Shown in pieces: positions 43,493 to 52,234 of a DNA stretch of 64,000 nt. Origin of the DNA: a virus; IMG/VR virus record IMGVR_UViG_3300037245_003639, one strand, 5' to 3'. A program made the position numbers and the translations under genes. The notes below the pieces were generated by a model. It was not told the origin of the DNA. It did not search any database and saw only the letters and a program-made list of their open reading frames with translations. How positions within the stretch are numbered: position 1 is the stretch's first letter; each line of letters begins with the position of its first letter.

Positions 43493-44509
43493 TCATAAGA
43501 GCATCAAGGGCATCTCGCCCACCATGACTTCGAACTCGAAGCCTTCTTCCACAAAATTAGGATCACCTACCCACACCGGATGGATATAGCGCCGTGGAAC
43601 TTTGTTCATGTGGACCAAACGAATACGATCTGTGGGTCGCTCGGGCAAGAACATCCTATTGACGGGCGGAATGCCTTTTAGCCACAGATGCCGAATATGA
43701 CCATGCCGGAAATGAGAAGCATGAGGCTGCCCCTCATCGGACTTGCCATTGAGAACATGATACAACCGCTCATGCGGAATCACGCTGAAAATTGCTTTAT
43801 CGCGAGTAAGTCTCTTGATTTCCCCCGTGGGACCAAACCCTTTCTTGGGCTTACTGCGAAGCATGTAATGGCAAGGAATGGCAAGGTTTGCCAAGTAAGC
43901 CAGAAAATCCGCCGCCAATCCAGGTTTAGGCTGTTTGGACTCCTGTTCGAAAGCCACCCACGCAGAACAGCCTTTCTGAACCAAAACCCTACTGAGATAG
44001 TCTCGGTATCGCTCGGGAGTGGTTTCCGCTCCAATGCTTTTGCAGACTTCTTCCAGAATTGCGATGGTTTTGTTTTTCGATACATTAGGGTTTTTATCAT
44101 CGAAACGGTCAGGGTCGAGATGTTCTAACCAGTGGAGCGCAGGTTTAGTATGAACCAACCTGCCGTCAATCAGCATTACGGCTCCCACATAAACCAACTC
44201 CGAACTGTCAGGTCGAGCAAGCAAAACTTTCAGGTTCTTACTGTAGACCATCCAGACGAGGCTGCGAACTGTCTCATCTTTGCATATTAATGAGGCAGCT
44301 ACGTCTTCGGCCAAAATCACGCAAGCATCATCTGGCCAAGGAATCTGCTCGATTGCTTGAAGAGATTGCACTCCGAGCCCCACTCGTTCCACGTCGCCAT
44401 CGAAGGCAAAGTAATAGACTGGCAGTGGCTTTGCAAATTGGGTGCGGGGATTCCGATAGATCGTAATCAAGGCCTCTCGAATCAGCCGTTGCCAAATCTT
44501 ACCGATCAT
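43493..44509 (-). CDS. hypothetical protein (338 aa)
   Basis: Long ORF, no confident motif. Confidence 0.45.
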   Translation of the reverse strand: MIGKIWQRLIREALITIYRNPRTQFAKPLPVYYFAFDGDVERVGLGVQSLQAIEQIPWPDDACVILAEDVAASLICKDETVRSLVWMVYSKNLKVLLARPDSSELVYVGAVMLIDGRLVHTKPALHWLEHLDPDRFDDKNPNVSKNKTIAILEEVCKSIGAETTPERYRDYLSRVLVQKGCSAWVAFEQESKQPKPGLAADFLAYLANLAIPCHYMLRSKPKKGFGPTGEIKRLTRDKAIFSVIPHERLYHVLNGKSDEGQPHASHFRHGHIRHLWLKGIPPVNRMFLPERPTDRIRLVHMNKVPRRYIHPVWVGDPNFVEEGFEFEVMVGEMPLMLL

Positions 44510-44994
44510 CCTTCGACCTTCGTTTTTTTAGCCCGTTGGCGTTGCTCTTTACGTTTACGAGACTTAGACTTCTTAGACTCCGGCATTGGTGCCGGTAGCT
44601 CAGGTTCGCGCCCAAGGGCTTTCAGGGCCTTGATTTCCATACTCTTCTGAGAGCAGAGCTGAACTACTACATCGCACTCGATGACAGTCAGATACTCGAT
44701 ATGCATCTCGGGCGACGTTAGATTGAGTCGGTCGGCTAACCATTTGTATGCCTGCCCTCGCTTGAGCCATCGTTCTTGCCAGAGCGGATCAAATGCTGCA
44801 TGAGCCCGCTTACGAGCGTCCCGGGTGGACTGGTCCGAGATACGGAACTTCTTGTCATGCTGCGAAGTATCTCCAATGATATCACAGTCTGGCCATGCAG
44901 GACAACCGTAAAACGAGCCGTACCTCCCGCTGCGTAATTCCAAAGCGATGCTGTGATTCGGACATATACGTGAACTCGTTGTCGGTACCGGCAT
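44506..44994 (-). CDS. topoisomerase-type C4 zinc-finger DNA-binding protein
   Basis: CPNHSIALELRSGRYGSFYGCPAWPDC matches the Topo I C-terminal zinc-ribbon consensus. Basic tail. Confidence 0.55.
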   Translation of the reverse strand: MPVPTTSSRICPNHSIALELRSGRYGSFYGCPAWPDCDIIGDTSQHDKKFRISDQSTRDARKRAHAAFDPLWQERWLKRGQAYKWLADRLNLTSPEMHIEYLTVIECDVVVQLCSQKSMEIKALKALGREPELPAPMPESKKSKSRKRKEQRQRAKKTKVEG

Positions 44995-45672
44995 CTACAA
45001 CTTCGCTATATCATCCGCCTCAGCCGTCAACTCCTCGGGCTCTGGCGTGGTTATCGGTGCTGGAATTACATCGCCCTCATCAGGGGCAGCGGCCCCCAAG
45101 TCGGCTGTATCAGAAGGGGCAGAGACATAAGATTCCGCCGTCGTGTCATCAAACTCCCAGAGCGTGATATTCAGCTCCAGCGGCGTATCAGTATGTTCCT
45201 TGACCCACTTGGCAAACTTACTGCTGGTCTCGGTTCTCTTCTTCATTGCCTCGATGATTCCGAGAATCTTGGCTTTATCGCCACCTGCCAAACCACTGCC
45301 CATACCCGCCGGGATATGGACCTGATAGCCCAATCGCAAAGCTCTTAGAAACGTTACTTTCAAACAACGCTCCAAAGCTCTGTAATCAACCAGACAACCA
45401 GTACCGAGGGTTTGAGCGCACATGTTGGCGACAAACTTGCCCGTCTCGACTTCGACAAACTGTGTCTCCCCCATCGGAATGTCGCCCTGTGATTGTTCGT
45501 GCCACGCTTTGTAGGCCGCGACAGGAATGGGTGACATTTTACTCAGTGCCAAAACGAAGCCCCCACCCCAGGCACCCTTGCAGTTGACGATATGGGCAAT
45601 GATGACCCCATTTTTAGGAGTTCGAGAAACCGCCGTGGCATCTCCAGTTTTTATCTCAATCGGCATGGACAT
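44995..45672 (-). CDS. macro domain protein (ADP-ribose binding or hydrolase)
   Basis: VIIAHIVNCKGAWGGGFVLAL parallels the macro-domain (I/V)VNAAN...GGGGV motif. Confidence 0.6.
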   Translation of the reverse strand: MSMPIEIKTGDATAVSRTPKNGVIIAHIVNCKGAWGGGFVLALSKMSPIPVAAYKAWHEQSQGDIPMGETQFVEVETGKFVANMCAQTLGTGCLVDYRALERCLKVTFLRALRLGYQVHIPAGMGSGLAGGDKAKILGIIEAMKKRTETSSKFAKWVKEHTDTPLELNITLWEFDDTTAESYVSAPSDTADLGAAAPDEGDVIPAPITTPEPEELTAEADDIAKL

Positions 45673-45913
45673 ACCTTTCCAGTTCTTTTTTGTGACGACG
45701 ATAACAGGCCGAGCCAATCGGCCAAGCCCCAGCGTCATCTGACTGTTCAGCTTCGGCAGGCGTCAAGAAACGACAGTTGCCATCGCCAACGTAAACCCAT
45801 ACAGCCGCTTTGCCCTCATCTATTCCTTTACCACAAACGGCGCATGAAGTCTGGCTGTCTCCACAACGCCGTTCATTCTCGTGGTATCTCGGATGGCTAA
45901 AGGGCCTCAACAT
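45656..45913 (-). CDS. small Cys-containing protein (leaderless)
   Basis: ATG lies 6 nt after the TAATAT of promoter 45920..45948. Confidence 0.4.
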   Translation of the reverse strand: MLRPFSHPRYHENERRCGDSQTSCAVCGKGIDEGKAAVWVYVGDGNCRFLTPAEAEQSDDAGAWPIGSACYRRHKKELERYVHAD

Positions 45914-45919
45914 AGCTGC

Positions 45920-45948
45920 ATATTACATTCACACAGCCAGATTGTCAA
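45920..45948 (-). promoter_or_regulatory. sigma70-type promoter (TTGACA-17-TAATAT)
   Basis: ccTTGACAatctggctgtgtgaatgTAATAT. Confidence 0.6.
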
Positions 45949-45953
45949 GGATT

Positions 45954-46256
45954 TCACGCGACGATTCGCAGCTTCGGATGCTTGCCACTAGTCGAAACTC
46001 GACAAGCCCCATTCAGCACTTTCTGAGAGGAATCGTTTTCGCCTTTACGCCAATCACTCAGTTTGACGCCCTCTTCCTTGGCAACGCGATAGACTCGTCT
46101 GATCTCTGTATCGCTCGCCGTGTAGTTAGGATTCCCTCCACCAAAGATGCGGGCAGCAATGACCCGTCCATAGAAGCCATACTCTGCGAGCAAAGCAATC
46201 CGCCAGCGCTCCGAATCAGTCACTACTCGGCGTACGATTCGTTTGTTTCGACCCAT
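45954..46256 (-). CDS. hypothetical protein
   Basis: 100-aa basic ORF. Confidence 0.4.
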   Translation of the reverse strand: MGRNKRIVRRVVTDSERWRIALLAEYGFYGRVIAARIFGGGNPNYTASDTEIRRVYRVAKEEGVKLSDWRKGENDSSQKVLNGACRVSTSGKHPKLRIVA

Positions 46257-46283
46257 CGTGGTCTCCTGTTTATTAGGGTCTCT

Positions 46284-46889
46284 TTAGTCTGTTGCCAACG
46301 CTACAAGGATGCGAGTGAGACCCATAATAGCCTCAGCTTTCTTTTCATTCAACCGACGCAGAGAAAGAATCTCGGACGCTGCGGCAGACGGATCAAAGAC
46401 TTCTTCGGTCGGGTTTGGGAAGAGTCGGTTGGCATCCTTCTTGAGACCGTAAACTCCATACCCAATTCTTTGGATGTCGCCGCCGCCTTCGCGTGCTGCG
46501 GTCGATATGCGAGTGCGCACGGAATCGTCATTCCGGCTGTCGGTAACACCATTCTGACGAAGATCGTCCATGATTTCGGCGGTTGTGAGTTGGAGAGTAG
46601 GAGACCTGCGAAGAGCATCGATCATACCTTCCATGAAACGCCGCGAACTGACAGAAGATCTAACCCTTTTCCTTTTCACCACCTCCCTTTTTGGCTCCCT
46701 TAGCTCATCCCTTGGCTCCTGCGTCCCAGGAAAAGTTGGGAGTTTCTCACGATCATTCAAAAGGGCCTGCCAGTCTGTATCCCACTTCCCCAAGTCCTTA
46801 TGAACACGACTAAAATGGACTTGTGCGCCATGTGCCTTTTCAAACTTACGATTACAGCCAGGGGCAACGCATGGATACGGTTCCGCCAT
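46284..46889 (-). CDS. C2H2 zinc-finger plus HARE-HTH (winged-helix) protein
   Basis: CVAPGCNRKFEKAHGAQVHFSRVH (C-x4-C-x12-H-x4-H). C-terminal TAEIMDDLRQNGV...SVRTRISTAAR...IQRIGYGVYGL resembles the HARE-HTH / RNA polymerase delta subunit N-terminal fold. Confidence 0.5.
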   Translation of the reverse strand: MAEPYPCVAPGCNRKFEKAHGAQVHFSRVHKDLGKWDTDWQALLNDREKLPTFPGTQEPRDELREPKREVVKRKRVRSSVSSRRFMEGMIDALRRSPTLQLTTAEIMDDLRQNGVTDSRNDDSVRTRISTAAREGGGDIQRIGYGVYGLKKDANRLFPNPTEEVFDPSAAASEILSLRRLNEKKAEAIMGLTRILVALATD

Positions 46890-46933
46890 CGGTTTTCTCC
46901 TGTTGGCTACTCATGAATAGTAAATCACCATCG

Positions 46934-46995
46934 CATCCTAACTTATCGGGGCTTGATTGTCAAGTCCCTGTCAAGGAGATAATTTCGTGCTGTCA
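46934..46995 (-). promoter_or_regulatory. promoter (TTGACA-17-TAGGAT) with two extra upstream TTGACA copies
   Basis: tgtcaa at 46957, 46968 and 46990. The proximal copy gives TTGACAatcaagccccgataagtTAGGAT. Confidence 0.5.
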
Positions 46996-47164
46996 AACTG
47001 GCAGAAACAGCAGACACTACAAGGACGATAACCCCTGACACCCACAGACATTACGAAGTTTTAGTCCCCTGGCACGCCGTTTGCATGGATATTCAGTGCT
47101 ACTCGTTAGGAGTGGATTTAGAACATTTTGGAGGTATCTGAGGGCGTACCGTCCCTCTGTCTTT

Positions 47165-49861
47165 TTAGATCAACGGTTCTTCAGGCCCAGGCCCAGACAC
47201 TGGCATACCTGGATGAAGCGTCGGCCCAGGCCCTTGCTCTGCTATCGGAATGCCAACATTACGTGGATTACGAACAACCTGGCGCAATTGCTCCCAGAGT
47301 TCCTCGTCATCTTCATCCCAATCACCATCATCCTCTTCCATTTGATTGAAACCAAGCTTTATTCTGTCTTGGAACTCATTGCGATGACGATCAAAGAGTC
47401 TAAAAGTGCGTCCGGTATCAAGTTTTTTGTGACTAATGATGTCCAAAGCAAACAATTTGCGAATTTCTTCCATTTCCGCGAAAGTATAATCTTTTGTGCG
47501 TTCGGTCAGATCGCTTATATCCAAAACGCTCAACATGTCCTGTTGGAACCTCTCTGTAATAAACTGCGTCCGTAGTTTCTCTCCCGGGGCAGAGAATGGC
47601 AGCCACAGGTCAATACGCCCTGGACGCACAAACGCTTCATCCAATTCAACCATTTCGTTGGCAGTAAAAACGAAGACGATTCCTTCGGTCGGATAGATAC
47701 CATCCATGTTCGTCAGGAAGGGCAGAATCTCATAGTTGCCTGTCTTCCGATCTTTGATCATTACATCCAAATCATCAAAGAAGACAATAGCCGAACGATT
47801 GCGGGGCGGCGTGAATAACTGCCGAACTGAACCATGCCGTCTGACATCTTCATATTCTTCAAGCGTTATTACTCGATGGTAGAATCCATGTTCAATGGCC
47901 AGATTTCGCAGCCATTTGCAAGTCATCGTGTTATGATTTATAAAGCCACCCGCAGCGAAGGAGTGAGATTCTGGCACATAGAAGTCTGCGACAAAGTTCT
48001 GCGCAGAAACGTTGCTTTTGACCTGATCCCAGAAAATATCACCGCGAGCAATATTCCGCATTCTCGCAAGAACTTCTTTCCCAATTTTAGTTTCATCTAC
48101 AAGTTGAAGAAGGCGTTCAGACTTTCCATGAGACATTCTCTGAGTTCCGTCCTTGTATCTCTGGAACTCAGCGTGCATTCGACGATTGAAATTGCCACTT
48201 AATTTACATACATCTCTGAGCAAATCTGGATCATAGGGCACAATATCATAATTAGTGTTATACTTTTTCTCCTGGAATCTGATTTGTTTCCGTGCCACGC
48301 GGAATCCGATTTCGTCGAAGAAGCATTTAGCCTCCTTGCCATTTATATCTATAGCCCAAGCACCGTTATAATCATTGGGCTTATGACGCAATGATGAGAT
48401 AATACCAAAGTTGGTGAGCATCAGATGGACTGTTCGAGCTAACTCCTCAGAGTAGGAGTCAAAACCAACTCGACCCGTTGTATCTGCCCACCCGTCAGTA
48501 TCAAACAACCCCTGCAAAAACGCTCTTACACAGTCTTGCGGAGCCTCCAAAATACAACGTGGAACAGATTTTTGACATGCTCCCGCAGAACCAAGACCCA
48601 GGAGTTTGAGGAATCCTTTGATCTGAACGCTTTCAATGGTCACCGAAGTCAACCCATCGCGTCGTTTATCATCCTGCACATGAGGAGTTACCGAGAAGAG
48701 TCTGGAGAATAAAGCCACATATTCTCTCTCTAAGTCCGCCGTGGAGAATGCGATTCTGTTCTTGGTAGTTAAATTACCATCACCAGTAAGTAACCCCAGA
48801 AGATATGCGAGATCATCATCGAGAACAGATGGCAAGGAAACAGGGAGCCTACCAGAAGCCGTATGAGCATACGAGATATCTGTTTTGTACCCGAACAACA
48901 TCATCTTACGAGGAACAGCTACAAAATCGCCCTCTTCAATCTCGTCTAGCCTTTTCCATGTAATATCCTGTCCATCTGTTACAATGACGCGATGATTCCA
49001 CGTTCCTTCAAGTTGATAGCCAAAACGAGTGCTTATCTTTTTAGTGTCTCGCCATCCGCCATTGTAAATTTGGGCAGTTTCTTCTCGATGGCCATCTTTA
49101 TTCCATATAGTTACTGACTTGTCTGTGGCGTCATCAACTGCAAGATCTTCTATAAACTCGCCAATAGGCAGCAACCCGCTATTTGTAAATACAGGAGTAT
49201 CAAGAGAACAGCACTTTCCACATCCGGGTTTTCCGCACAACAAGGCTCCCCGTTTGTAAGGAATGTTGTACTTATCGTATTGGGCCTTCTTCTCTTTACC
49301 ATCCACTAGAAAACCAATAGTGTTTTTGTAAATATCAGTCAACATTCCACGAGGCAGGACAGGTGGTTCCAAGTTAGTAGCAGAGTGCTTCTCAATCTTC
49401 CTGGCGAATTTACGTAGACTAAAAAGGTTCCGTTTCTCCACAAATATGGAGAAACTAAGGGGATGATCGTCGAATTCACCGTTCCAATGCCAAAAACGAA
49501 CGGAATCACGTTCTCTTTGTGGACGGTTACGCTGATCAGGATTGAAGATAACGTATTCCCGCAACCCTACATCATAGCGGTCATACCATGAGCCATCATG
49601 TAATGCTGCCTGGGTTTGAACTATAAGTTTACCTTTTCCCTGGTCCTTTTTAGGCAACATTCCCATGGGCATGTCAATAGCGACAGGAATTCGCCTGATA
49701 TGTTTGACATCACGGGTTTCTTTAGAATTAGTAAGCTTGAGGCTTGCAGAAAATCTGCACATACAAAGGTCATCTTGTGAGAAGTCATATTCATCACAAA
49801 GGGCCTTAACAGCATATGCAAAAACAGCTTCGGGGTACTCAGGTTCAAAAACCATATTCAA
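47165..49861 (-). CDS. AAA+ ATPase (classic-clade type) interrupted by an intein
   Basis: The Walker A motif GKPGCGK|C...HN|T is split. The second region of homology is FTANEMVELDEAFVRPGRIDL. Acidic C-terminus. Confidence 0.7.
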   Translation of the reverse strand: MNMVFEPEYPEAVFAYAVKALCDEYDFSQDDLCMCRFSASLKLTNSKETRDVKHIRRIPVAIDMPMGMLPKKDQGKGKLIVQTQAALHDGSWYDRYDVGLREYVIFNPDQRNRPQRERDSVRFWHWNGEFDDHPLSFSIFVEKRNLFSLRKFARKIEKHSATNLEPPVLPRGMLTDIYKNTIGFLVDGKEKKAQYDKYNIPYKRGALLCGKPGCGKCCSLDTPVFTNSGLLPIGEFIEDLAVDDATDKSVTIWNKDGHREETAQIYNGGWRDTKKISTRFGYQLEGTWNHRVIVTDGQDITWKRLDEIEEGDFVAVPRKMMLFGYKTDISYAHTASGRLPVSLPSVLDDDLAYLLGLLTGDGNLTTKNRIAFSTADLEREYVALFSRLFSVTPHVQDDKRRDGLTSVTIESVQIKGFLKLLGLGSAGACQKSVPRCILEAPQDCVRAFLQGLFDTDGWADTTGRVGFDSYSEELARTVHLMLTNFGIISSLRHKPNDYNGAWAIDINGKEAKCFFDEIGFRVARKQIRFQEKKYNTNYDIVPYDPDLLRDVCKLSGNFNRRMHAEFQRYKDGTQRMSHGKSERLLQLVDETKIGKEVLARMRNIARGDIFWDQVKSNVSAQNFVADFYVPESHSFAAGGFINHNTMTCKWLRNLAIEHGFYHRVITLEEYEDVRRHGSVRQLFTPPRNRSAIVFFDDLDVMIKDRKTGNYEILPFLTNMDGIYPTEGIVFVFTANEMVELDEAFVRPGRIDLWLPFSAPGEKLRTQFITERFQQDMLSVLDISDLTERTKDYTFAEMEEIRKLFALDIISHKKLDTGRTFRLFDRHRNEFQDRIKLGFNQMEEDDGDWDEDDEELWEQLRQVVRNPRNVGIPIAEQGPGPTLHPGMPVSGPGPEEPLI
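47930..49213 (-). mobile_element. intein (about 428 aa) with a LAGLIDADG homing-endonuclease domain, inserted in the P-loop of the AAA+ ATPase
   Basis: It starts at Cys217 (CSLDTPV) and ends FINHN followed by Thr. It carries two LAGLIDADG motifs (LLGLLTGDGNL and LQGLFDTDGWA). Excising it restores GKPGCGKT. Confidence 0.65.
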
Positions 49862-49895
49862 TCCCAGTTAGCGGTCAAATTTCAGTCACAATTCA

Positions 49896-50909
49896 TTATA
49901 CAATTTTGACGAAAACCGATGCAGAAGCCGCGGAAGGAGCTATTGATGGAGGGCGCTTGCTTTTGCGGGCTTTAGCGGGAGCATAAGCGGCATCGAATTC
50001 CCGTATAGCAGTGGCTTCATCCACTCCTTGTTGCGCTCTTTGTTGCACCCACTCGGGTTTCCCTTTTCCTATGTTCCTTAACATTTGTCTGGTGGGAGTC
50101 GGAGCTTGTGGGGCCATTGGAGAAGCAGCAGCAGCCGGGGCTGTTTGGGGTGTAACTTGCTCTACAGGAGCAGCGGGGCCAAGATCCGCAGGCAGAGGCT
50201 GCTCGAAACCAGGCTGCGGAGCGGGTCGTGTAGCTGGCATTCCTGCCCCTCCAGCAGGTGCCGCTGCCCCTTCAGCAGGTGCCGCTGCCTGGGGTTCAGG
50301 AGTTACCCCGTAGGGCTCAATAGATGATTTTGGAGTGGGTGTTCCTACATCAGGCGCTGTTTGTGGAGCTACTTGTGGAGTTTCTTGTGGAGTTTCTTGT
50401 GGTGCCATACCTTGTAAAGCAGCATTTTCTTCAGGAGTTGCTTGCCCAATCGGCTTGCCTGTGGTTGGGTCCATCTGGCCTACTTCTCCCTGCATGCCCA
50501 AGGCCCCTGCGAGTTCAGTAACAGTCTGGTTGATATTCGACAAGACTTGGACATCCTGGTTTTCACCTTGTACAGCCTGATTCAGTGTATCAATCAACCC
50601 TTGTATTTTCTGAGCATGTTCACCAAGCAAGTTATTGTCAGGATCAACAGCCTTCATGGTTCTGATGATCATTTCAACGTGTTTGTAAGCTGCTTTGAGA
50701 GGTTGAATTTGCTGATTGTATAGATTGGCAAAGGTTCTCCAAGCAGTTCCCAGTTGCTGCGCCATTTCCTGCACATTTTGGAATTGCGGTGCCTGTGGGG
50801 TAGTGGGTTGAGTTTGTCCGCCAGGCATGAGACCACGCATTGTATCCATAAATCCTGCGGCTTCTTTGTAGCCAACTGTTTCTCGGGCTGTAACGAGACG
50901 CAATTCCAT
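49896..50909 (-). CDS. Pro/Gln/Ala-rich low-complexity protein
   Basis: Trimmed to MELRLV. Long PQ(A/T)P-rich region. Confidence 0.45.
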   Translation of the reverse strand: MELRLVTARETVGYKEAAGFMDTMRGLMPGGQTQPTTPQAPQFQNVQEMAQQLGTAWRTFANLYNQQIQPLKAAYKHVEMIIRTMKAVDPDNNLLGEHAQKIQGLIDTLNQAVQGENQDVQVLSNINQTVTELAGALGMQGEVGQMDPTTGKPIGQATPEENAALQGMAPQETPQETPQVAPQTAPDVGTPTPKSSIEPYGVTPEPQAAAPAEGAAAPAGGAGMPATRPAPQPGFEQPLPADLGPAAPVEQVTPQTAPAAAASPMAPQAPTPTRQMLRNIGKGKPEWVQQRAQQGVDEATAIREFDAAYAPAKARKSKRPPSIAPSAASASVFVKIV

Positions 50910-50965
50910 AATAAACCTCCTAGGCAGATAACTTATCTTCTTGATCCCAGGAGTTCGTTCCTTCC

Positions 50966-51244
50966 TCAATATATCAATTGTTCTGGCTCATGGTGACAGC
51001 GGCAAGCAGCCGCCAACATCCAGCCCGCATCCATGTCCAAAGGTTTCTCTATACTTTGTAACTCTTTCCAGGTCGCCTCTATATCTGGCAAAATCAGGTC
51101 AACCAGACCTTCTTTGTATTTCGTCACAAGTTCTGTGTGCGAAATACTTTGTATCACTTGTCCTGCTTCAGCAGGTTCAATCCCCAACTCCAATAGCTTT
51201 ATATACAGGGCCAACAAAATGTGGCTAGCGCGTCGAACACTCAT
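50966..51244 (-). CDS. hypothetical protein
   Basis: 92-aa ORF. Confidence 0.4.
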   Translation of the reverse strand: MSVRRASHILLALYIKLLELGIEPAEAGQVIQSISHTELVTKYKEGLVDLILPDIEATWKELQSIEKPLDMDAGWMLAAACRCHHEPEQLIY

Positions 51245-51743
51245 TGTGACTCCCTAACACTTTGCGGGGGTTAATGGTTGGCTGTTCAATTTTGCGATAG
51301 CCAAGGCTAATAAATAGCTCAAAAATCTCAGTCAATGAAGGAAAGGGCTTATTATTGAAATGCTTAAAGCCCTCGCAAGCCAGCACAAACTCGAAAGAAT
51401 CGCCTTCATATTGTCCAGTTTCAGCCGCCAGACGTTCATCACTGCGTCTGATGCCTGCTCCTCGCTTGCGAATAATTGTCTCAGGTAAATCTTCATCTGA
51501 CCGGTCATTGAATTTACCTTCTCCGAAGAAGAACCATGGGATACTCACTTCAATGGCATTGACTATCATCCACAATTGATTGAGGGACCGATACTGTTTA
51601 CCACCCTCAATATTAACGATGGCGCTTGTCTTAACCTGAGCCTGCTTGGCAATCTCTTCCACTGACAAACCGTGTATCAAACGGTAGGCTTTTATTCGCT
51701 CACCCACTTTGGTGAAATTCACTTTGTCTAGTTCTACTTTCAT
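51225..51743 (-). CDS. XRE-family HTH regulator (repressor-like)
   Basis: VGERIKAYRLIHGLSVEEIAKQAQVKTSAIVNIEGGKQYRSLNQLWMIVNAI matches the Cro/C1-type HTH. Confidence 0.55.
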   Translation of the reverse strand: MKVELDKVNFTKVGERIKAYRLIHGLSVEEIAKQAQVKTSAIVNIEGGKQYRSLNQLWMIVNAIEVSIPWFFFGEGKFNDRSDEDLPETIIRKRGAGIRRSDERLAAETGQYEGDSFEFVLACEGFKHFNNKPFPSLTEIFELFISLGYRKIEQPTINPRKVLGSHNECSTR

Positions 51744-51744
51744 T

Positions 51745-52053
51745 TTACATCTCGTCGATGAGCTGGTGCAAAATACTCTGACCATCAAGTTGGGCAGGGC
51801 GTCTGAAATCTACCAGTTCTCGGAGGCCATGGGGGAAACGGATGTACAAAGGATAGAATTCACCATCTTTAACCGCCCATAAGATAGCCTCTCTATCCGA
51901 TGTTATGACGATGGCCATCGTCAGTGTGTAATCGGGATGAACTGCAAAAACAGCTTCTCGATAGCATCCTGCTTTGTCGAGATATTCAATCTCGAAATTG
52001 AACCCATTGATTGCTCCCCCGAATAATTCGATGCCAGAATCTGTGATAATCAT
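51745..52053 (-). CDS. hypothetical protein (last minus-strand gene before the strand switch)
   Basis: GGAGAGG RBS. A TTGCAA-16-TAATAT promoter lies at about 52090-52117. Confidence 0.45.
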   Translation of the reverse strand: MIITDSGIELFGGAINGFNFEIEYLDKAGCYREAVFAVHPDYTLTMAIVITSDREAILWAVKDGEFYPLYIRFPHGLRELVDFRRPAQLDGQSILHQLIDEM

Positions 52054-52234
52054 CGTTCCTCTCCGTCACCTTTTCCGAGACGCTATGCTATATTAGCAGT
52101 ATGAAATGGGATTGCAAGCGGATTCAGGATAAAGTTCACCGTCCAGTAAATCATCGTCCTTTAACAAAAGCTCTGATAACGTTTCTCGACAAACCTTGCA
52201 GGAATTACATCACTTTCTGAGTTACACACATATC

